Below, in pieces: positions 11,483 to 19,564 of a DNA stretch of 64,000 nucleotides (position 1 is the stretch's first letter; each line of letters begins with the position of its first letter). The position numbers and the translations under genes were made by a program. The notes under the pieces are model-generated. The model was not told where the DNA came from, made no database searches, and saw nothing but the letters and a program-made list of their open reading frames with translations. Where the stretch lies: contig JBGAML010000008.1 of NCBI GenBank assembly GCA_044223005.1, positions 79,962-143,961 of the forward strand, given 5' to 3'. The stretch is from Candidatus Eiseniibacteriota bacterium. GTDB taxonomy: Bacteria; Eisenbacteria; RBG-16-71-46.

Positions 11483-12508
11483 TCAGGCCGCGGGGCTTCG
11501 GCGCGCGGGCGTGTTTCGGCGCTGGTCCACCTCGGCCACGAACGTGTCTCGCTGCTTGCGCCAGAGCGCGGCCAGCTCGTCGCTGTACCCGCACACCGCC
11601 CACGGGATGCGCGTCGCGATCGCGGTGAGCAGGGCGCTCACCTTCTCCTCGCGAGCCTGCACGGACATGCTCGAGCCGCTGCGATGATGGAGGTGCGCCG
11701 CGAACGTCTTGCCGGTCGGAATGAAGTTCACGGAGTGCCGGGTGACCTGCAGGTGCATCCAGACCAGGTCCTCGAGCCGGGCGATCCGCGTGCTGAACGT
11801 CGTGGGCACCACGATCCAGTGCTGCGTCAGCCGCGCCGGGCCGAACGACTGCACCGGCCCATGGATCTCGGTCTCCAGCTCCATGCCGTGCATCTGGAGC
11901 ACGCGCGGGCCGCCCAGCCCGGCGACGATCGGATGGCTCGCAAGATCGCGCACGCGTTTCGACAGGCGATACAGGTTGAAGCCGGCGAGCAGCGTCATGA
12001 ACAACGCGGGCACGAGCACGTACCACCGCGTCTCGCGGTAATCGAGCGTGTCCAGCATCATCGGAAGCAGCAGGCCCTGGCGTTCGTCGCCGAGGTCCTT
12101 GCGCAAGCCGTCCTCGAGCGGACGCGCGATCGAGCGGAAGGTGCCCTCGAGCCGCGTGGGTGTCGTTCCGGGCGCCACCCGCACCGCCAGCAATTGCTCT
12201 CCCGCCCAGACGAGGACGTACTCGGCACTCACGCCGGTCGTCCGGCCGTTTTCGGATTCGACCTGCTGATATCCGGTGGGGATCGCCTTGGCGACGTCGA
12301 AACGGATCACGTGACCGCCCGGCGATTCCGTACGCGCGAGCGCGCCCGCCTGTTCGGCGGTCACGAGCCGTGCGCCCTGCACCCACGTGCGCAGCAGGTC
12401 GCCGTTGCCCACGACGAGGGCGCCCGCGAGCACGAGCAGTGTCACGCTGGCCAGCAGCAGGCGGAGGTTGGCACGCCGGATCTGCCGGCCGATGTAGCCG
12501 TCCCACAT
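11483..12508 (-). CDS. Membrane protein of unknown function (DUF6709-like)
   Basis: Two TM segments, RBS GGAGGA upstream, coherent composition. Family assignment is from memory of the N-terminus (IGRQIRRANLRLL). Confidence 0.75.
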   Translation of the reverse strand: MWDGYIGRQIRRANLRLLLASVTLLVLAGALVVGNGDLLRTWVQGARLVTAEQAGALARTESPGGHVIRFDVAKAIPTGYQQVESENGRTTGVSAEYVLVWAGEQLLAVRVAPGTTPTRLEGTFRSIARPLEDGLRKDLGDERQGLLLPMMLDTLDYRETRWYVLVPALFMTLLAGFNLYRLSKRVRDLASHPIVAGLGGPRVLQMHGMELETEIHGPVQSFGPARLTQHWIVVPTTFSTRIARLEDLVWMHLQVTRHSVNFIPTGKTFAAHLHHRSGSSMSVQAREEKVSALLTAIATRIPWAVCGYSDELAALWRKQRDTFVAEVDQRRNTPARRSPAA

Positions 12509-12601
12509 CGAGGTCGTCCTCCGTCCGGTTCGGGGAACAGCGTTCGTGGAGGGGTTTTCGGCGATGCGGAGATGCGAGTTGAGCCGCAGCAGGCCTGCTT
12601 G

Positions 12602-12631
12602 GGCCGGGGCCGGGCCGGCCCGGCCCCGGCC
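12602..12631. repeat. Perfect 30-bp all-GC palindrome
   Basis: GGCCGGGGCCGGGCC|GGCCCGGCCCCGGCC in the divergent intergenic region. Confidence 0.7.
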
Positions 12632-12787
12632 GCCCTCGTCCGGCCCGAAATCGTGCGAGATGCAGTGCCATTTCGAGGATTCCGAGGGGGACCACCGTGA
12701 TTCCTGTGACTTTGGTGCGTTTCAATACTCACACTCTTCAGGATCACGCCTGCTGCTCGCCCGCCCATACCCGGAGTCCCCCCGACG

Positions 12788-15196
12788 ATGCGTTCCATTC
12801 GCCGCCTCGCCCTGCTGCTCGTCGCCCTCGCCGCGCTCGCTCCCGGCCGCGCCCACGCCTGGACGCATTCGCCCACCCAGGGGCTCGGCGTCGGCAACGG
12901 CGCCAACTACTCCGGCAATCCGGTGGTGACGAGCGACGGTGCCGGCGGCGCGTTCGTGGCCTACACGATGTCCATGCTCGGCACGTCGAACGACGTCTTC
13001 GTGCAGCACTACGACGCGACGGGAAAGGCGCTGTGGACGCCGGGTGGCGTCCTCGTCTGCAACGCGGCCGAAGTCCAGTACACCGAGGGCATCTGCTCGG
13101 ATGGCGCCGGCGGCGTGATCGTGACGTGGCAGGACTACCGCGCGGGCTATCCGAACGTGGACCTCTACGCGCGCCGGGTGAACTCGACCGGAACGCCGAT
13201 GTGGACGCCGAACGGCGTGCTTCTCTGCAACGCCGCCGACCGGCAACAGCAGTCGGATATCGTCGCCGACGGATACGGTGGCGCCTACGTCGCGTGGCTG
13301 GACTTCCGCACATACGTCACCACGGGCGTCGACGTCTACATGCAGCACGTGGACGGGTTCGGCACGCTCGGCATGGCCGCGGCGGGAACGGCGCTTTGTG
13401 CCCTGGCCGGCGACCAGACCGAGGTGAAGCTCGCGGCGGACCCCTACAACGGCTATGCGGTCTGGACGGACAACCGATCGGGCTCGGGGGACATCTACGT
13501 CCAGAAGTTCGTGACGACCGGGTCCATCTCGTATTCCGCGAACGGGGCGGTGGTGTGTAACGCCGCGAGCAACCAGTCCTCGCCGCGCATCGTCGCGGGC
13601 GCGTACAACCAGATGATCGTCGCGTGGTCCGACGGCCGGAACGGCACCGACGACGTCTACGCCCAGCGCATCGACACCTATGGCCCGGCCTTCTCCTGGG
13701 GCGCCAACGGCATCTCCGTATGCAACGCCACGGGGTACCAGTTTCTCTACGGCCTCTGCAGCGACGGCACGGGGAACTTCGTGATGGTTTGGACCGACGG
13801 CCGGTTCGGTTCGACCTATACGGTGTTCGCGCAGAAGGTGGACCCGACCGGGACCGCCCAGTGGGCGGCGAACGGCGTGCAGGTTCGCTTCAGCAGCGGC
13901 AGCGGCAGCAACGCGGGCATCGTGGCCGATGGCGCGGGCGGCACGATCGTCGTGTGGCAGGAGAACCGCAACGACACCGGGGACATCTACGCGCAGCGAC
14001 TGAACGCGCAGGGCGCCACGCTCTGGACCTCGACCGGCGTGCCCGTGTGCAACGCGGCCGAGGGCCAGCAGAGTCCGCGGATCGTGCCCAGCGGGATCGG
14101 CGGAGCGATCGCCTGTTGGTCCGATTTCCGCTCGAACAGCTACTACGGCGGCATGCTTCAGGGTATCGATCGCTGGGGTTACCTGGGCGCCGAGCCGGTG
14201 ATGGCCGGCGCAGGGGACGTGCCCAACGATCAGGGTGGCCAGGTGCGCGTTGCATGGTACGCGAGCCCGCTCGACTACGATCCGCTGTTCAACAACCTCA
14301 CGAACTACATCGTGTTCCGTTCGGTGCCGGCGCCGCTCGCCATTGCGCTCTCGAAGACCGCGCCGATCGCGGGCGCGTCGCCCTTCACCGTGGGCGGCCG
14401 CACCTTCCGCCGCTTCGGCGCCACCGCGACGACGGACTACTTCTGGGAGGAAGTCGCGCACGTCATACCGCGTCACCTGACGGCCTACAGCGCGATCGTG
14501 CCCACCACCGGCGACTCCGTGGCGGGCTCGAACCCACGCACGGCGTTCATGGTGATGGCCGAGGCGAGCTGGGGCGCCGCGTGGTGGACGAGCGCGGCCG
14601 ACTCCACGTACTCGGTCGACAACCTGGCGCCGAACGCGCCTGCGCCGTTCGCCGGGTCGTACGCCGCGGGAAGTGCGTCGCTCCATTGGAGCGCCAACGC
14701 CGAGCACGACCTCGCGGGCTATCGCCTCTATCGCGGCAGCTCGCCCGTGTTCACGCCGTCGCCGGGCAACTTCGTCGCCGAGGTCGCGGACACCGCGTAC
14801 GTGGATCCGGCCGGCGTCACGAGCTGGTACAAGCTCACGGCGATCGACTCGCACGGCAACGAGTCGTCCGCGGCGACCCTGCTGCCCGCGGGCACGCTCG
14901 CCGTGGGCGACACGCCGCTCGCGCTCGACTTCGCGGCACCGGCGCCGAACCCGGCGGTGAACGCCACGACGCTGCGGTTCACGCTGCCGCACGCGGGCGC
15001 GGTGAAGCTCGCCGTGTACGACGCGGCCGGCCGCCACGTGCGCGGCCTCGCCGCCGGCGCGCACCCGGCCGGAACGCGCAGCGTGACGTGGGACCTGCGC
15101 GACGACGCCGGGCACCCGGTCCACGCCGGGCTCTACTTCGCGCGGCTCGACACGGCCGACGGCCCGATCGTGCGGAGGATCGCGGTCGCACGCTGA
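12788..15196 (+). CDS. Secreted repeat (probable beta-propeller) protein with FN3-like and FlgD-Ig/T9SS-like C-terminal domains
   Basis: Signal peptide (AHA-W), about 8 repeats of DGxGGxxVxWxDxR...D.YAQ+...G...W..NG...C, SVDNLAP/YRLYRG FN3-like unit, PNP...WDLRDDAG...GLYFARL CTD. Confidence 0.88.
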   Translation: MRSIRRLALLLVALAALAPGRAHAWTHSPTQGLGVGNGANYSGNPVVTSDGAGGAFVAYTMSMLGTSNDVFVQHYDATGKALWTPGGVLVCNAAEVQYTEGICSDGAGGVIVTWQDYRAGYPNVDLYARRVNSTGTPMWTPNGVLLCNAADRQQQSDIVADGYGGAYVAWLDFRTYVTTGVDVYMQHVDGFGTLGMAAAGTALCALAGDQTEVKLAADPYNGYAVWTDNRSGSGDIYVQKFVTTGSISYSANGAVVCNAASNQSSPRIVAGAYNQMIVAWSDGRNGTDDVYAQRIDTYGPAFSWGANGISVCNATGYQFLYGLCSDGTGNFVMVWTDGRFGSTYTVFAQKVDPTGTAQWAANGVQVRFSSGSGSNAGIVADGAGGTIVVWQENRNDTGDIYAQRLNAQGATLWTSTGVPVCNAAEGQQSPRIVPSGIGGAIACWSDFRSNSYYGGMLQGIDRWGYLGAEPVMAGAGDVPNDQGGQVRVAWYASPLDYDPLFNNLTNYIVFRSVPAPLAIALSKTAPIAGASPFTVGGRTFRRFGATATTDYFWEEVAHVIPRHLTAYSAIVPTTGDSVAGSNPRTAFMVMAEASWGAAWWTSAADSTYSVDNLAPNAPAPFAGSYAAGSASLHWSANAEHDLAGYRLYRGSSPVFTPSPGNFVAEVADTAYVDPAGVTSWYKLTAIDSHGNESSAATLLPAGTLAVGDTPLALDFAAPAPNPAVNATTLRFTLPHAGAVKLAVYDAAGRHVRGLAAGAHPAGTRSVTWDLRDDAGHPVHAGLYFARLDTADGPIVRRIAVAR

Positions 15197-15217
15197 AACC
15201 CGGCGTCGTCCGCAGGA

Positions 15218-15252
15218 CGAAGGCCCCGCTCCGGAAGGAGACGGGGCCTTCG
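15218..15252. terminator. Stem-loop between convergent genes (probable terminator)
   Basis: CGAAGGCCCCG-(13 nt)-CGGGGCCTTCG, 22 bp after stop 15196. Confidence 0.65.
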
Positions 15253-15269
15253 CCTTCTGCGTGCGTCCG

Positions 15270-16328
15270 TCATTGCAGACCTTGCAGGAACTGGCGCATC
15301 TCGGCCTCCACCCGCGACTCGTCGGACAGGAACAGGTAGTGCGAGGCGTTGCGGAGTTCGACCACGCGCGCCTGGGGAACCGCGTCGGCGAAGCGGCGGC
15401 GCTCTCCTTCCTCCCAGCGGTTCTGCGCCGCGCGGAAACGCATGGCCTTGAGTTGCGCCATCCCACGTCCCACGAACATGCGCCGCACCCACGGGAAGTC
15501 GCGCGCTTCCGGCCGGTCGACCGCGTAGAACGCGAGGACGGGAGCGCGTACCGCGCGGTAGTCCGGCGCGGATTCGCCGCCGATGATCTTCGCGTTCGTC
15601 GCCGCGGGCGTCGCATCTCGCCGCCACCGGCCCCGCTCGTCGAACACGCGCGTCGCCGCGATCTCGCTGGCCGGCCAGCGAACGCCGTAGATGCGTGTGA
15701 GGTAGTCCCGGGCCGCAGCGGGCGAACGCCGGTCCTTTCCGCCCGGGCCCGGCGGTGCGGGCGGGAGTTGTCCGAGGACGGCCATTCCCAGGAGGCGGCG
15801 CGTGGTATGCGAGCGATCGTACGCCGCGTCGAGGTACACGAGCCCCGGCGTGCGTTCGGGATGGCGGGCGGCGAACTCGGTGAGTTCGTCCCCAGCGACC
15901 GAATGGCCCACGAGTACGGCGCGTTCGATCCCGAGCGAATCGAGAAGGACGCGCACGTCCTCCGCGAGCGTGCGGGTGTCGTAGCCGGACCGAGGCCGGC
16001 CGCTCTCGCCGTAGCCTCTCCGGGTGAACGCGAGCACGTGGTGGTGGTCCGTGAAGCGGGGAGCGAACTCGTCGAAAACGTGGGCCGAGTTCCCGAGCCC
16101 CGCGAGGAACACCAGTGCCGGGCCGCTGCCGCCGTAGTCGATCACGTGCAGCGAGGTGCCATTCGCGCGCACGCGCCGGTTCGCGAAACCGCTCGAATCC
16201 ACCCACGCGGCGGGCGCCGGGGCGGCGTCGGCTTCGGCCCGAGGGGCGGCGAATGCGGTTTCCGAGACGAGCATCGCCGTCGTCGCGATCGCGACGGCCA
16301 TGCGAATCTTCCAGGTCTTCGAGTTCAC
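15270..16328 (-). CDS. Exported alpha/beta-fold hydrolase
   Basis: Signal peptide, LHVIDYGGSGPALVFLAGLG, TRRGYGES, nucleophile elbow GHSVAG, C-terminal His (ASHYLF). GTG start after AGGAGG. Confidence 0.88.
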   Translation of the reverse strand: MNSKTWKIRMAVAIATTAMLVSETAFAAPRAEADAAPAPAAWVDSSGFANRRVRANGTSLHVIDYGGSGPALVFLAGLGNSAHVFDEFAPRFTDHHHVLAFTRRGYGESGRPRSGYDTRTLAEDVRVLLDSLGIERAVLVGHSVAGDELTEFAARHPERTPGLVYLDAAYDRSHTTRRLLGMAVLGQLPPAPPGPGGKDRRSPAAARDYLTRIYGVRWPASEIAATRVFDERGRWRRDATPAATNAKIIGGESAPDYRAVRAPVLAFYAVDRPEARDFPWVRRMFVGRGMAQLKAMRFRAAQNRWEEGERRRFADAVPQARVVELRNASHYLFLSDESRVEAEMRQFLQGLQ

Positions 16329-16339
16329 GTTCGCCTCCT

Positions 16340-17491
16340 TCAGCGGCTTGCGCCGCACGCGAGTACCGCGGCCGGCCGGGCGCCCGAGAGCGTCGGGGCC
16401 ATGTCCTGGATGATCTCGGCGACCGCCTCGTCGCGGTCGGGCGTGTCGGCGTTGACCAGCACGACGAACCCGTGGCGCTGGTTCCGGTACAGCACGACGA
16501 CGGCGTAGAAGGTCGCGGGGTTCCCGGTATGGGTGAGGACCGTGTTGCCGCCGCCCTCGAGCACCGACCAGCCCATCGCGTAGTCGCCGACCGGGGTGTG
16601 CAGCCGCGTCCACGTCGAGTCGGCGAGCAACCCGGGCTGGCCGCAGAGCGCCCGGAGGTGGAGTTGCGCGTACTTCGCGAAGTCGCCGACCGTCATGCTC
16701 ACGTCGCCGCCGGGCGCGAGCGCGGCCGGGATGTGGCCTTCGGACGGGTCGACCGCTCGCAGCGTGGAACCGTCCAGCATGTGCCCGCAGGGCTCGTTCG
16801 GCCCCGCTTCGAGCGGCCAGCCGACGAACATCGACGCGCCGAGCGGCGCGAGCACTTCTTCACGCACGAGCGCTTCCCACGAGCGGCCCGAGCGACGCTC
16901 CGCCATCGCCGCGGCGAGGGCGAACCCGGCCGTGGAGTAGAGATACGTGCCCCGGTCGACCGCCGGGGCCTGCGCGAGCAGCCAGCCGGCGAACGCCCGG
17001 CGCTGCGCGGTGCCGTCGCCGGCGAACTCGGGCAGGGTCATGAAGTCTTCGAGGTCGTTGAGCCCGGGAACGCCTGCCCTGTTCTGGAGCAGTTCCGCCA
17101 GCGTGACCGTGCGGTAGGCCGGGTGCATCGTCGAAGCGAGTTCGGGAAACGCATCCGCCAGCGTCAGCGACCAGGACATCACGCCCCGGTCGACGAGCGT
17201 GCCGATGGCGGTGGCGGTCATTCCCTTGGCGAGCGAGCCGACGTGGAACAGGTCGCGGGTCGTGACGCGAGCGCCCTGGCCGAGGCGGCGTACGCCGCTC
17301 GCGGCCACGTCGACGGTTCCCAGCGAGAACGAGGCGGCCGCGATCGCCGGGAGGTGGTGCTTCGCCCGTGCGCGTTCCACGGCGGCCTCCAGTGCGCCGG
17401 GCGCCGGGGGGCGCGCCGGATCCGAAGGCCGGACGCAGCCGGTGACGAACAGCAGGGAGAGCCCGAGCAGCGGAAAGGCCAGGAGCTTCAT
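16340..17491 (-). CDS. Serine hydrolase lipoprotein, beta-lactamase/PBP fold
   Basis: Lipobox FVTGC, SxxK (GSLAK), YST and HTG motifs. Confidence 0.88.
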   Translation of the reverse strand: MKLLAFPLLGLSLLFVTGCVRPSDPARPPAPGALEAAVERARAKHHLPAIAAASFSLGTVDVAASGVRRLGQGARVTTRDLFHVGSLAKGMTATAIGTLVDRGVMSWSLTLADAFPELASTMHPAYRTVTLAELLQNRAGVPGLNDLEDFMTLPEFAGDGTAQRRAFAGWLLAQAPAVDRGTYLYSTAGFALAAAMAERRSGRSWEALVREEVLAPLGASMFVGWPLEAGPNEPCGHMLDGSTLRAVDPSEGHIPAALAPGGDVSMTVGDFAKYAQLHLRALCGQPGLLADSTWTRLHTPVGDYAMGWSVLEGGGNTVLTHTGNPATFYAVVVLYRNQRHGFVVLVNADTPDRDEAVAEIIQDMAPTLSGARPAAVLACGASR

Positions 17492-17585
17492 GGTGACGAT
17501 CCTCCGGGGCGTGCGCGCCCGGCCGCCGATCGGCCGGTGCCACGACCACGGAGGAAGCGTGCGCGACCCACCCGGCCGCCCGCGC

Positions 17586-17623
17586 GTGCCGATCGTCACG
17601 AAACGAGGCGTGACTTTCGGCAC
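17586..17623. promoter_or_regulatory. Paired inverted-repeat operator (GTGCC-N4-GTCAC, 10 bp, GTGAC-N4-GGCAC)
   Basis: Lies between the divergent hydrolase operon and a DesKR-like pair. Mirrors the 95-131 element. Confidence 0.55.
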
Positions 17624-17659
17624 TGGTCCCAGCGGGCGGGGGCGTCGCAGAATGGGCCC

Positions 17660-18838
17660 ATGCTCGCCCTCCCGACCCACCCCTTCGGACGTTCGCGCAC
17701 GATGCTGGTGCTCCGGCTCGCCCTGCTGCTCGCATGGGCGGGAATCTCCGCGAGCGCGCTCGTGAGCTCGCGCGTGCAGGGGCCGGGCAACGTCGTGATG
17801 GCCTGCGCCGGCGCCCTCGTGTTCGTGGTGGCCATGCTGGCGAACCTGCGCGGCGCGCCCCACGCACGAACCACGACGCTGGCCCTGGGGCTGATCGCCC
17901 TCCAGGTCGTGTCGGGAATCCTCGTGGCCACGGACTTCATGTTCCTGGTGGCGATCGAGCTGCCGCTGGTGCTGCCCGACCGGCACGCCGTCACGGCATT
18001 CGTCGTGGTCGTCGTGCTCGTGATGCTCGTCGGGTTCGCGGAGGCGCGCTTCGGGACCTTCTACGCTGCTCCCGAACTCGCGGGAATGTCGCGTTCCTTC
18101 CAGGTGTGGCTCACGATGGCCATGACCGCCGGCTGGCTGATGCTCGCCTTCGCGGGCGGGCTGCTCGCCGCGACCGAGGTGCGCGCGCGCCAGGAAGTGG
18201 ACCGACTCATGGCCGAGCTGCGTGTCACCAATCGCATGCTCGAGGGCTCCTCACGCGAGGCGGAGCGGCTGCACATCGCACGCGAGCTGCACGACACGGT
18301 CGGGCACCGGCTGGCGGCGCTGGGCGTGAACCTCGACCTCGAGAGCCGGCGCGCGCGGGACGAATCGGCCGCGGTGCTTCGCGAGGCCCGCGACGCGACG
18401 CAGCAGCTGCTCGCCGAAGTGCGCGACGTGGTCGGGGCGATGCGCCGCGATCGCGACGTCGACCTCAAGCGCGGCATCGCCACGCTGGTCGCCGGCCTCG
18501 GAAACCTCGACGTGGACCTCGCGATCACGCCCGGCCTGCACCTGGAGCATCCCGCGGCTTCGCACGCCCTGCTGCGTTGCGCGCAGGAGGCCCTGACGAA
18601 CGCACTACGGCACGGCCGGGCGACGAAGGTGCGGATCGAGCTGTTCCAGACGGACGCGGAAGTGCGGCTCACGGTGCGCGACGACGGCGCCGGCGCCGCG
18701 GAGGTGCGCGAAGGACACGGCCTGCGCGGGATGCGCGAACGCCTCGAGGCGCTCGGCGGAACCCTGCGCATCGAGACGGTGGAGGGCGCGGGGTTCGGCG
18801 TGATCGCCCGGGTTCCGATCCGCGGAGGGGCGTCGTGA
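17660..18838 (+). CDS. Membrane sensor histidine kinase, HisKA_3
   Basis: Multiple TMs, ERLHIARELHDTVGH, QEALTNALRHG, DDGAG, GHGLRGMRER. Start inferred within ORF 16115..18838. Confidence 0.92.
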   Translation: MLALPTHPFGRSRTMLVLRLALLLAWAGISASALVSSRVQGPGNVVMACAGALVFVVAMLANLRGAPHARTTTLALGLIALQVVSGILVATDFMFLVAIELPLVLPDRHAVTAFVVVVVLVMLVGFAEARFGTFYAAPELAGMSRSFQVWLTMAMTAGWLMLAFAGGLLAATEVRARQEVDRLMAELRVTNRMLEGSSREAERLHIARELHDTVGHRLAALGVNLDLESRRARDESAAVLREARDATQQLLAEVRDVVGAMRRDRDVDLKRGIATLVAGLGNLDVDLAITPGLHLEHPAASHALLRCAQEALTNALRHGRATKVRIELFQTDAEVRLTVRDDGAGAAEVREGHGLRGMRERLEALGGTLRIETVEGAGFGVIARVPIRGGAS

Positions 18839-19476
18839 TCCGGGTGCTGCTCGCCGACGACCAGACCCTGCTCCGCCGCGGCCTCCGGGGCATGATCGAC
18901 CTGACCGATGATCTTCGCGTGGTCGCAGAGGCGGCCGACGGAGACGAAGCGTTGCTGCGACTCGAGCAGCACGAGGTCGACGTCCTGCTTCTCGACGTCC
19001 GCATGCCCCGGCGAACCGGCGTCGAGGTGCTCGAGGCGTTGCGCCAGCGGGGCCGGCCAGTTCCCGCGCTGTTGTTGACGACGTTCGACGACGACGAGGC
19101 GCTGCTCGCCGGCGTGCGCGCGGGCGCGCGCGGGTGGCTGCTCAAGGATGTTGCGTTCGAGCGCCTCGCGAATGCGATCCGGACGGTGGCTGCAGGGGGA
19201 ACCATGCTGGTGCCCGCGGTGACCGAGCGCGCCGTCCGCACGCTGGCCGAAGCGCCGCCCGCGTTCGAGTCACTCGATCCCCCGGATCGCCTGACGCCTC
19301 GTGAGACCGAGATCCTTCGACTCATGGCGGGCGGGTACAGCAACCGGGAGATCGCCGAAGCACTGCACTCGGGCGAAGGGACCGTGAAGAACCACATCTC
19401 CCGCGTGCTCTCGAAGCTCGGTGTCCGCGACCGCACCCGGGCCGTGCTCAAGGGGATCGAGCTGGGCTACGTCTGA
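18835..19476 (+). CDS. NarL/LuxR-family response regulator
   Basis: IRVLLADDQ, DVRMP, LTTFDDD, LTPRETEIL...GTVKNH...RDRTRAV. GTGA overlap. Confidence 0.95.
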   Translation: MIRVLLADDQTLLRRGLRGMIDLTDDLRVVAEAADGDEALLRLEQHEVDVLLLDVRMPRRTGVEVLEALRQRGRPVPALLLTTFDDDEALLAGVRAGARGWLLKDVAFERLANAIRTVAAGGTMLVPAVTERAVRTLAEAPPAFESLDPPDRLTPRETEILRLMAGGYSNREIAEALHSGEGTVKNHISRVLSKLGVRDRTRAVLKGIELGYV

Positions 19477-19495
19477 AGCGGCCCCGTTCGAGCCG

Positions 19496-19525
19496 TTGAC
19501 CCCGTCGCCCGGCGGTCGCTAGTGT
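19496..19525 (+). promoter_or_regulatory. Candidate sigma70 promoter (TTGACC-18-TAGTGT)
   Basis: Near-consensus hexamers about 40 bp before the kinase ATG. Confidence 0.35.
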
Positions 19526-19564
19526 CGCGCGTTCGCGCGTCCGACCACCCGGGAGACTCCCCCC

